Origin: Bugula neritina | Taxonomy: Eukaryota > Animalia > Bryozoa | Direction of reading: 5' to 3' | Assembly (NCBI GenBank): GCA_964035545.1 | Contig: OZ037767.1 | Coordinates: 8,628,581-8,692,580 of the forward strand | DNA: 64,000 nt | Part shown: in pieces, positions 12,001 through 23,532 of the stretch | Numbering within the stretch: position 1 is the stretch's first letter | Layout of the letters: the number at the start of each line of letters is the position of its first letter | Notes under the pieces: model-generated | Told to the model about the DNA's origin: nothing | The model's input: the letters and a program-made list of their open reading frames with translations, nothing else | The model's database searches: none | Made by a program: the position numbers and the translations under genes

Positions 12001-13751
12001 GACTGGATTTGTAGGTATTTCCTCCTTGACTTCTACACAATGATCTTTGTAATTCAGACCAACGACAATAATCTATAAATATAAGTGCACATCATAGCTT
12101 CTTTATACCTAGTATCTCTTTATGGCATAAAACACATCTTTCTATAATATATCTCTATAGCATGGCCTGTGCTCTTGAGTTAAAACTAATACTCTCTTAA
12201 TTTAAACATAAATATAGAATAGTTAAAAAAATTCATCCAAGAAAAATTGCTTTCACAACCTATAAAAATTACACTGCTAAAATATTGGCCAGCTGTTCCT
12301 GTAAAATTACTCATTGCAAGAATATTATTGATGTTATTTGCGATGCAATACAATGTAGTGTAATCCTTTTCAATGCAATACAATATCCGCAATACAATAA
12401 TACAATTTCGCATAACACAACACACATTCCTGTGATTATGTGAAATAAAGGCAAAGCCTTCATGTCTGATAGACATTCAAGACTGAAAGCAACATGACTA
12501 AACTCATAGCTAGATGCCTAAGACATCAATGTTTAAATTGAAGATATCATGCATTGTCATCCATACAACACAATATAATATACAACCACATGATGCAGCA
12601 GGTTGCTATAGAATGCAATATCACACTTAACATAATATAATATAACACTTAACATAATACAATGTCATTCAATATAATATAATATCACATAATACTTAAT
12701 GTAATATAACACAACATGATACAATAACACAACATTAAACAATATACAGTGTAACACAACATAATATAAAATCAAAAAATACAATAAAACAAAACATAAT
12801 ACAATATCACACAATATAATATACTTGGATGCAACACAACATATTACAATATAATAAAATGCAAAGAAATATTACTCATACTTTGCCAGGTTTAGTGATT
12901 GGTGGAAGGAGAGTAACATCATTTACGGATATCTTTTCTGCTGCAGAATCTAGACATCTACAATACCACCACATTATATGTGCTATTCACCAGTGTTTCA
13001 ACATCAATACAAGCCATCCCTAACCACTAGCTAAGATACTACACATAAAACAAGTTCTAAGTCGTAACCAATTTAGCCAAAGTTTCTGAGAGCATTATAA
13101 ACTAAAAAGGAACAGACTTTTTGTAAACTTTCTAACGTTGTCTTTTGGCTCTAAATTATTATGGATTTCAAGTGTAACAAAATAAACTGTATTAAATGGC
13201 ATCAGGGTAGTAAGTACTGACAACTCCAGAAGTCTGGTCCTTGCTGTTGATGGTCTGCTATATAGTCAGGGGAAAACAAATAGTCAGCTGGGAAATCAAT
13301 TGGCCCAGGAAGTTGACATGTGATCTCTATAAGTTGAAGTCTTTGTGAATTCCCAATGATAATATATTTTAAACTAGACTTTTAAAACAAAAATGGTGAC
13401 TATAACTTAAACTGAATTTTTAAAAATAGAATAGGCCTATTAGAAAGCTCTAAAGTCGGAGTCATGACTCCGAGAATACAAAAAGAGAATATTGAAAAAT
13501 TATAATAGATGAGTCATGACAAACCTAGCAGCCTCGGTCAGCAACTTTTTATGGTCCAAGCACAAAGCAGAGCAGACGTCAGTTGGTAAATCTGGAGAGA
13601 AATCATTCAGGTTTAAAATATTTGAGTTGTCTACTCTCACTCCTATGCTGCGCCTACCGGCCTGACTGAACTGTAGAATATGCATCTTCCTTCTGCACAC
13701 TGAGTACGCACAACTTCTATCAGATAACAGCGAGGTTAGTTTAAATAGCAT
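9064..13751 (-). CDS. FAHD2: Fumarylacetoacetate hydrolase domain-containing protein 2-like, copy A (~309 aa)
   Basis: Exons 13751-13525, 12957-12882, 12072-11932, 11448-11389, 10225-10073, 9572-9451, 9214-9064. Motifs [46 protein letters not shown]. Presequence-like N-terminus MLFKLTSLLSDRSCAYSVCRRK. Confidence 0.92.
9934..10037 (+). mobile_element. tRNA-derived short element / tRNA pseudogene, family 1 copy 2 (FAHD2-A intron 5)
   Basis: tRNA-like 9957-10028 with A and B boxes; same leader tgtagtg-tgagtt-acccagtgg and trailing tatttt as the copy at 2830-2931. Confidence 0.7.
12560..12860. repeat. Degenerate pentamer microsatellite (acaat/ataat)n in FAHD2-A intron 2
   Basis: Repeating aatac/aacac/aatat units. 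Confidence 0.6.
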
Positions 13752-15624
13752 CTAACTACAGGTGCTGGTTGGCAGGTCTTTACTTCTAATTGATAGATGC
13801 AGGAAGACTTGAATTTGCTGGTACTTAATATGCCACATGCATCATAACTTATAAGCCTTTTATTCTAGTTACAAACTTGATGTGGCAAAGAGTGAGTTGT
13901 AAAATGACCAACGGCATTTAGAACATCCAGGATTGTACTATATTCTATGCTATATATGTAGTTACAACAGTTACTATATATATAATCAAATAGTTTACTG
14001 AAGTTTACTGGTAACTGATTAAGTATATGGACTTATATAAAATTGAAATTAGCTTTAAAAATTTCATGAAATTAGTTATAGCGCGTGTGCTGTAAAATTC
14101 TAAGCTTAAAGAAGAAATCTTTTAGACACACAAGCTTATGTCAACAAAAGAAGTGTTTTGAAAATTTTCAAGCAGACCGCCAACAAATATTTAATGTAGA
14201 CAAATGCAAAAAATTATGTTTTTGACATATTAGGATGTACCATCATTTTTATTTACAACAGTATCAAAGTATGGAGATAATTTAACTAGAATGATTTCTA
14301 AATTAACTCAAATAAGTTCTGTGAGTTGTCTACTCAAGACTTAGGAACTGTATTGAGTGCCATTTCTCCTGCTGATTTCATTGGTTGATGAGTTGATTTT
14401 GAAACTCATTAAAGTTCTGAGGCAGGAACCTTGCCAGACTTTTACACAATATTGAAAAAGTTATAAATAGGTGTTGCATACAAATTATTGCTTAACGTAG
14501 AAATTAATCATAATATATAGCCTAAAGTAATCTCAACTAGGATAAGAAAGTATGTCCCACAACTGAACAACAAAATGACTAGAAAATGAGAAGCTATAAC
14601 TTTTAGGGTTTTTCTCAGACAGCATTCTGATTCAACATGCTATACAATGTTTTGTAACTTAGAAGATACTTCCAACTAACTGTGAGAAGAGCTGCTTTGT
14701 ATATAAACTACACCATCACCAGCTATAACACACTGCATATGGTATGAAGTGCTAAAAATAAATAAACTACTAGAATACATTATGCAGACTACTAAGTAGT
14801 GTTATTGTAATTACTATATTTGATTTTAATATGCAACAAGAAAATTCATAACATGAAGACTACTTACAGTAGTGGTTAGTTGTGCTGGGCAGCTGGATAG
14901 CTTTTGTTGATAACTAGACACTTTCTACTGTGACACTGCAGGCAGGGTAATCCTTGGGTCTCCTTAATTATTACATAACCCTTTTCAGTTTACATCTATT
15001 TATTTTCAAAGTTGAATTAACTTTTAAGTTATATTATTTGTATAGTCAACAACTGACACTTTATGGCATGCTTAGTTGGGAGTCTTGCTTATTTAATTCC
15101 GGAAAATGTTAAGAAGCCATAGCATGGTAATTATGTATGTATGTTGCTGTGTGGAAACTAATATTTATACTGTACCTAAATGAACTCCTAAGTTGAAAAG
15201 ATAGAAATAGTACTGTACTTTTTATATTGAACTATTATTGTATCCATGGTACATATTATGTAACTTGTTTGTTTTATAGGAAGATTTATGCCCCTTAGAT
15301 CGCAGGCTAACCACATGCACACAGGAGTTATGCCCACGCTGCTAAGATATTGCTAGCAATACTGTTAGTCTAAATATTAGTTAGCAAGGCTTTGCTATCT
15401 TCCTCCAGCTACATGCTATTTTAATATTATAATGGGAATTTTCAAAAATAACGATCATTTAATTTAAGTTTCAACACTTATTTTATTTTAACACAAATAT
15501 GCATCAAAGTCTAATATGGAATGACATTAATGAGCAAAAACTATTTAATTATTTGACAGCTACTTACACTGTATTGCCGTTGATTATAATTGAAAACCTG
15601 GTTTGAAATAGAGAGAGACAGCAT

Positions 15625-15895
15625 GCATGTGTCAGAGAGTAGCTGCATGTGTCAGATAGTAACTGCATGTGTCAGAGAGTAGCTGCATGTGTCAGAGAGT
15701 AGCTGCATGTGTCAGAGAGTAGCTGCATGTGTCAGAGAGTAGCTGCATGTGTCAGAGAGTAGCTGCATGTGTCAGAGAGTAGCTGCATGTGCCAGAGAGT
15801 AGCTGCATGTGTCAGAGAGTAGCTGCATGTGTCAGAGAGTAGCTGCATGTGTCAGAGAGTAGCTGCATGTGTCAGAGAGTAGCTGCATGTGTCAG
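15625..15895. repeat. 20-bp minisatellite x~13.5
   Basis: Near-perfect unit gcatgtgtcagagagtagct. Confidence 0.95.
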
Positions 15896-16734
15896 GAAAC
15901 TGGTGTGTATGCTAGACTGGTTCTTCATAAAAGTTAAGGTAAATATTTTGGTTCTTTATGTATTTACTTTTTTGACTAGACTCCAACCAACACATAGACA
16001 GTGCTTTTAGTCACAATGTGGACTATTTAGGGATATTGAAAGTCAGTTTAGAATTTCTCTCTATGGCACATAGAAAGATATATAATGTGCATATAATAGC
16101 TATAAAGAACTATATAAACTCATATGTGGTTAGCAGCTAAGGTAAACCATGGAATGACTTCTAGATAATCATTGCACTGATTGAGAGTTTTGTTGGACAG
16201 TTTCTCTACTAGAAAAACTCTTGTTAAACTAACAGCAGCTCATAATACATTAGCCTGATAATTCTGACAGTATTCTAAACATATACAACTTTGAATAAAA
16301 TTTACCATTATTCTTGATCTGCAACTCAAGACATTTAGTATGAATGCAAAAATTAATCAATAGGTTGCTTCACTAATGGAAGCAAAACATACTTGAACCT
16401 GAAGAAATTATTAGTCTAAGAGGGTTGAAAAAATTTTTAAGTTTTTATAAATACACAAGTGTTCGCTTCAAATAGCATTTTACATCTACTTTGGCTGTCA
16501 TTTGCTGAACCAATTCTCAGAACTTTTATAAATTTATAATTATAAAGGTGTCTAAATGCTGGTATTAAACACTAAGCTAAAGTCGAAAGGTATGAGAATA
16601 CAAATACAGTAATATTCTTTATTTAGTTTGAACTAACAAGCTAAAGTAAGACAATGCCATATTGCTATGGGACCTGCACATGCCTTAACTCCACACAGTA
16701 ACTGGTACATATATCAGCGAAACCAGCATGTATC

Positions 16735-19700
16735 TTATAAGAAAGTGTTAGTAAGAGTTCCTATGTTCTGTAAGTCAATTGTAACTGTGTCTCCAGGTTG
16801 TAGATATTTTGGTGGATTGAAACCCATTCCAGTGCCCCCTGGTGTCCCGGTCAGTATGATATCCCCAGGTGACAGAGTAAAAAACCTACCAAGTTAAAAA
16901 AATATGAAGTAGAGAGCAGATAACTCAAGAGAGAAAGGTGACAACAAAATTGTAAATCTTACAGCAAATGGAGTTATTTAGCTGATAAAACAGTAGCATT
17001 ATGAGAGCTTATTCCTGAATATTTCAAGTGTACTAAGGGAAGACAACTTACCCTGACAAGTAAGATATTAGCTGTGGAATTCTAAATACCAGTTGATTAG
17101 TGTTACTGTTCTGTCTAACTTCCCCATTCACTTTAGTGGATATGTTCAGGTTGTGTACATCTTCAATCTCGTCCTGAAATTCATAAACTTATCCATCAAA
17201 ATGATTTTCATTAAATTTTTACTTTAAACATTGCTAAACTGAAAAAACATTAAAAAACTTAGCAATTCTCAAAAATACTGTCATAAAAAATCTATTTTCT
17301 CTTAAACTATAAATCGTCTAAGATCTAAACTGTGTGTGCTCAATTCTCTGTAATCCATAAAATAAAATGAAACTAAAAATATTTACCTTAGTTACAATGT
17401 CACTGAATAAAGGGCAGAAGTTGTCCATAGATTTGGCTAATAGGAACTGACTACCATTTTTAGTAGCACTGAAAATGTCGCCGGCTGTAAGATCATTGGC
17501 TACGGTGTACCCAAACACATGCTCCATAGCATCAACCTCCTGTATTATCAGACAATAAACAGTTTGACTACATGTTGAAACGTTTATTTTATGCATAATA
17601 AAAATGTAAATCTATTAACGATAATTTACCAAATTTTGAAATAAATTTGTGTGTTTTTTTTATAGTATACAAGGTATAGCTTCTAATTTAGAGAGTTTAT
17701 AACCGCAGGTAAACATGATGACTCTGCTTACAAAACTATAAAAAAACTGATGGACTAGAAAGAATTAGCAAAAAGTAAAGTTTTACTTTCAGAAAAAGGA
17801 TTGAAATAAATATAGTCAAGATATAAACATGCTTAAATAAAACAATACCTTTACATTTCTTGCTTCCTTAGATATAACAACTACCAGTTCACACTCATAG
17901 TCTAACCCCTGAAAGTTTACAGAAACTAGACATAGAGTGCTAACAGTGATATTTGATAATACACAAAACTTCACTATATACTGAGTAGCACATGCTCAAC
18001 TTTGCCCTTTCCCACATCTTGTCTAAACAAATAGTAGACACCATGAATAGGTGCACTTGTTAGTTTAAAATTTTCTGCAGTATTAGCCAACAACTTGCAT
18101 ACACAACTCAAATAGTTGAGGTTCTACAATCTACAGCAAAAGATTAAGTGATGAAACAATCCATGACTCTGTGTTATGTTTTAAACTAGAGTTTGAAGTT
18201 GGACTAATATTTTTATAGTAACTTTGATATTCATCAACTTTAATGCATATAAATAAGTCTCATAAGACAAGTTTTGAAACAGTTTCATGGAGATTTCCTC
18301 CTTATTTAGGCGCGAAAAACATGAAACTACAAAAAAAAAAATCAAAATTTGACTCACTATAATTTATAATGCTGGAAATTTGTTTTAACCAATAGAGGGG
18401 TTTCAAACATCCCTCTAGGGGATTTGTATTTTAAAGTTGTCTCCCCCTACAGGGATTGGGGGCAGTCTCGATGATATTTAGAAGGCCCATAAAATAAGTA
18501 GAAATGTAAGGTTTGAGTGAAGACTACTACTAGTATAAGTTTCATTTTTTCTGAGATTAATATTTTGGCATAAGTACACATATGAGCAGTTTCAGAATTT
18601 TTTTAAAAAATTTTGTTAATGATAAATGGCACAAAAACAAAACTTCAAAGCATATTTGTGGTTTTGGTTAGTGAGCAAATCTGAAGCTGGCAGCTGTCAT
18701 TATCATTTGCTTTGCTGACTGTAACCAGTCTGTTTAGAGCTGCTAACCTTTCAACTCTTAGAACAATAATAACATGCTCGTACACAGTATAGCTGCACTA
18801 GTGGGCTCTGTCTTACTGAACTCCAAATGCTCCAAATTATGGGTTGGAACACATGCCTGTACGTTTATGAAGGCACTGGCTCATTTGTATTGACATGTTC
18901 ACGTACTTACACACCTATACTATGAAAATAACTAAGCCACCCTACTATCTAATATTTCTATATATCAAAAAAATTATTATAAATATAAAGATATGTATTA
19001 AAATAGATAGATTAAATTTGTAATTTCAAACAACATCTTATCTAAAAATGCCAAACACTGTATAACTATATATATGTTTTAAAAGCATTTGTTTACATGG
19101 CATGCCTGCAAGTCAACGAAAATATTTAGAGAACAGTAAAAAGAAGCATATAAATTTCAGAATAGTTTCTTTTTTTCTGAGATGAATATTTTGGAAATGT
19201 CCCACAATTCAACATTTAAATAAAGTCTGTAAAAGAATTTTTCACAGTGTATTTTCAATGAAGAATTATTCTTGCAAGCTGGTTTTCGTTTGTTCTGGCA
19301 TGCCATTTTACAGTGGTCTAGTTAACTAGGTCAAAGTTCATTGAGGTGGACATGTTTTATTAACCTCCGTGTGTTGATGAAATACTATCATTGGATTTAG
19401 AGCTTCTCTAAGCAACTTCACAGTCTGATTAAATATCTGCGATACCTGCCTAGTAGACAATCCAAACTTAGAAAATTAATATACTAAATCCTTGTATTAC
19501 ATGTATGGATGAAAAATAATGCAACAAATTGGCTAAAGCATGTTCAAGTAATGTGAAAAACTCGAAATATAAATGAGTCAAACTAGAGCTAGTCAAGTGT
19601 GTGGTGTTTTTGGCCGATTTATATGTGTTGTTTAATCAGCTTATTATGTAGGGATGTAATCCTATATAATGTAAATTAAGTTAGACAGCTAAAGTTGGAC

Positions 19701-22700
19701 AGTTCTCATTGGGCACTTTCTTGAACAAGCAGTTATGTAATATAGAGAGACAGCTACTCAACAGAGAGCTTCAAGCAAGCAAAATTCTTGCAACAAGGTT
19801 GATTGAATACAAAACAGCTGCTGTTATTCTTATAGCAGCATGCATTGTATAAGAGATAGCCTGATGGTTTACATAGTTTACATACAGTGACATACCACTG
19901 AAAATTATTAGAAACCACAGAAAAGATATAAAGGAGAGAATGCTGGCACAAAGGAAGTATAGCAATGTGGTCAAATATATGGCTGAAAACTGACCTAGAG
20001 ATAAATAAGTACAAAATGTACATAATATAGCTAAATCAGCAAAGCCAAATGATTTGATATAAAAGTATTTTCTGGGAATTTAGTGAAACTTTGTAGCATT
20101 ATTTAAAACTCCACCTTTGAGCAAGACCCGTATGAAGTAAAGCCAATCTTAATTTCATTAGTGTCATAAGAATGCAGTCATTATGACATAGTTCGTTCTT
20201 TCTATACTTTACAGCTGGTACTAAATGTACATTTCAACTCTTTTTTAGAAACAAGCCAAGTTGCTTTGGTTGAAAAGTGCTTTTTTTGATGATTTTTTTG
20301 CAATGCAGCAGTATATAATTTACAATGCTCCAAAAATATTTCTGTATTAGGAATGTTGGTATACAAACAGCTTGCAAGAATAATTCTTCATTGAAAATAC
20401 ACTTTGAATTTTTTTTACAGACTTAATTTAAATGTTGAATTGTGGGACCTTTCCAAAATATTCATCTCAGAAAAGAAGAAACTATTCTAAAATTTATATG
20501 CTTCTTTTTACTGTTCTCTAAATATTTTTATTGACTTGCATGCATGCCATGTAAACAAATGCTTTTAAAACATATATATAGTTATACAGTGTCAGACATT
20601 TTTAGATAAGATGTTGTTTGAAATTACAAATTTAATCTATCTATTTTAATACATATCTTTATATTTATAATAATTTTTTTGATATATAGAAATATTAGAT
20701 AGTAGGGTGGCTTAGTTATTTTCATAGTATAGGTGTGTAAGTACGTGAACATGTTAATACAAATGAGCCAGTGCCTTCATAAACGTACAGGCATGTGTTC
20801 CAACCCATAATTTGGAGCATTTGGAGTTCAGTAAGACAGAGCCCACTAGTGCAGCTATACTGTGTACTAGCATGTTATTATTGTCCTAAGAGTTGAAAGG
20901 TTAGCAGCTCTAAACAGACTGGTTACAGTCAGCAAAGCAAATAATAATGACAGCTGCCAGCTTCAGATTTGCTCACTAACCAAAACCACAAATATGCTTT
21001 GAAGTTTTGTTTTTCGTGCTATTTATCATTAACAAAATTTTTTAAAAAAATTCTGAAACTGCTCATATGTGTATTTATGCCAAAATATTAATCTCAGAAA
21101 AAATGAAACTTATACTAGTAGTAGTCTTCACTCAAACCTTACATTTCTACTTATTTTATGGGCCTTCTATATATCATCGAGACTGCCCCCAATCCCTGTA
21201 GGGGGAGACAACTTTAAAATACAAATCCCCTTGAGAGATGTCTGAAAACCCTCTATTATAAAACATAAAAAATACAAGTTAAATGGTGGTACGATCACTT
21301 TTTAAAAAAATCACTTTCTAAGATATTTTCAAGCAACAATGCTTTCTTACCAACTATTTATCTTTTCACATACTTCAATTGCATATTGACACTTTTAAAT
21401 TCCACTAACGATGTATTTCTTTATGTTAAAACTACTTTCTTGATTATCTCTGAAAATAAAGCTGCTTAAAATGATCAAATGAAAATGACCTTCACTAATT
21501 GCTATATATTATGTTTTAAGCTAGTAAACCTCATGTACTTTGGCACAGCACCCACCTTGGTAGCTGAGGGTATCTGAATATCTCCAGAGCCAGTAACACA
21601 GCTGGAAAACTTACTAAAGACGATAGGTTCTGTTGGCAGAGGCTCGCCTAAATCCGCGCAAAGGTCTTTGTAGTTCAAGCCAATTCCTATAATCTAAAAG
21701 TTTCACTCGTTACAGTCTTCAATAGTTAGAAAGATGAACATAGATTTTAGGCTCAGACTAAAACTGACTTTCAGAATGTCACAAAAATATTAAACTAGCA
21801 ATAATCAATATGTTCAGAGTAAAATTATCATAGTGATTGAGTAATACCATATAACAGCAGCAGCACTTTACCTTTCCTGGGTTGGTGATTGGAGGATGCA
21901 GCGTAACATCATCAACAGATATTCTACTGGCTGTGGACTCCAAGCATCTGAAATTTAAGCAATGGCCTGTCATAATCACTACCAAATATATAGTTATATA
22001 GTTATACCAAAATTGTTGTAAAGTCAGACATCAGGAATAGCATGTAGTTATTGTAATGTTAATATATTATATACCAGTATAAACTTTTTCATTACAATTA
22101 CAATACAATTGCCATTGATAAAAGTTATAAGAAATCTGCATCTAGCTACTGGCATATCAAGCTCATCGGCCTAAATCTTGAAAGAAGTACAAACAATAAT
22201 TTCAAAAACAACACCTAATAATATTAGCATTGCATCCAATCTTTAGGTTGAATTTATGCTACTTTACTTGTCAGTTGTCTAGTATTTTGCAAGCTAGTAA
22301 ATTTATCTATTCAATTTAATAATATATTTACAGTTACAAAATATAGATAAAGTCATAAACAGCAATTTTGAATTCCAGCTTGGTTTTACTTTTAGTTTTT
22401 CCACTAATATTTCAAAAACTGATTTTAATTAAATAAATTATTGTTGATTATATTATTATTTATTGGTGATAAAATATTTAATTCATTGTGATTAATTTTA
22501 AGTATTTTATATTTTAAAACTAATACTAATACTAATACTAATAGTAATAGTAATACTAATACTAATAGAACCTGGCAGCCTCGGTCAGCAACTTGTTGTG
22601 GTCTAAACACAAAGCAGAGCAGACGTCAGTTGGTAAATCTGGAGAGAAATCATTCAGATTTATAATATTTGTGTCGTCCACTCTCACTCCTATGCTGTGC

Positions 22701-22732
22701 CTACCAGCCTGACTGAACTGTAGAATATGCAT
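16735..22732 (-). CDS. FAHD2: FAHD2-like copy B (~286 aa from the second Met); presequence lost, catalytic residues altered
   Basis: Exons 22732-22572, 21947-21872, 21693-21556, 17908-17849, 17539-17387, 17173-17052, 16885-16735. No stop or frameshift from MHILQF onward and all splice sites intact. Lid reads NYKDLCAD; NDLTAGD replaces NDLTARD. Confidence 0.8.
18394..21254. mobile_element. Foldback-type non-autonomous DNA transposon, 2861 bp, ~888-bp inverted arms, in FAHD2-B intron 3
   Basis: Arm 18394-19281 is the reverse complement of 20368-21254 with only scattered mismatches; 1086-bp non-coding spacer. Absent from the paralogous intron of copy C (empty site accaattata near 25091-25100). 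Confidence 0.9.
22520..22567. repeat. (taatac/taatag)n microsatellite next to the FAHD2-B exon 1 donor
   Basis: About 8 hexamers; not expanded at the same site in copy C. Confidence 0.8.
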
Positions 22733-23532
22733 CTTCCTTCTTCACACTGAGTGCGCACAACTTCTATCAGATAACAGCGAGGACCACCCTCATAACTATT
22801 TCAGCTAATCATACCATTATAAGTTGTGTGAGTTGTCTCCTCAAGACTCAAGAACTGTATTGAGTGCCATTTCTCCTGCTAATTTCATTAGTTGATGAGT
22901 TGATTTTGAAATTCATTGAAGTGCTGACGCGGGGACCTTGCCAGACTTTTACACATTACAAAACCTCCTTTGAAATACACAGAGAGTGCATGCATGTTGA
23001 ACAGTTTTTCAGCATCAAGAATCTTTTTAAACTGACAGCAGCTCATAACACCATACTGGTCATCCTGATAATGCTGACGATAGTATAAATATACAATTTG
23101 GAATAAAATTTGCCATTGTTTTTGATTTACAACTAAAGGCTTTCAATGTGAATGCAAAAATTACTCAGCAGTTTTCATTATAAATAAAAGCAAAACATAC
23201 TTAAACCTGGTGAAATTATTAGTCTAAGAAAGTTGAAAGAACTCCCTAAGTATTATTAAATACACAAGTGATTGCTTCAAATAGCATTTTACTTCTACTT
23301 TGGCTGTCATTATTTGCTGAGCCAGAGCTTTGTATTATGATTTTAAAGGTTTCTAACTGCTGGTACTAAACGTTAAGCAAAAGTAGAAATATATGAGAAT
23401 ATAAATACAGTAATATTTTTTATTTAATTTGAACTAACAAGCTAAAGTAGGACACATGCTATTATGCTAGAGGACCTGCACATCCTTACTACACACAGCA
23501 ACTATTACATATAGCATAGAAACCAGCATATC

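Noticed and set aside
15625-15895. Regular short repeats resembling a CRISPR array (also 8369-8582)
   Set aside because: Units are contiguous with no unique spacers, there are no cas genes, and the context is eukaryotic; these are minisatellites.
19282-20367. Transposase in the foldback spacer (ORFs 19754-20023 and 19771-19974)
   Set aside because: Short low-complexity ORFs with no recognisable DDE or DNA-binding motifs.
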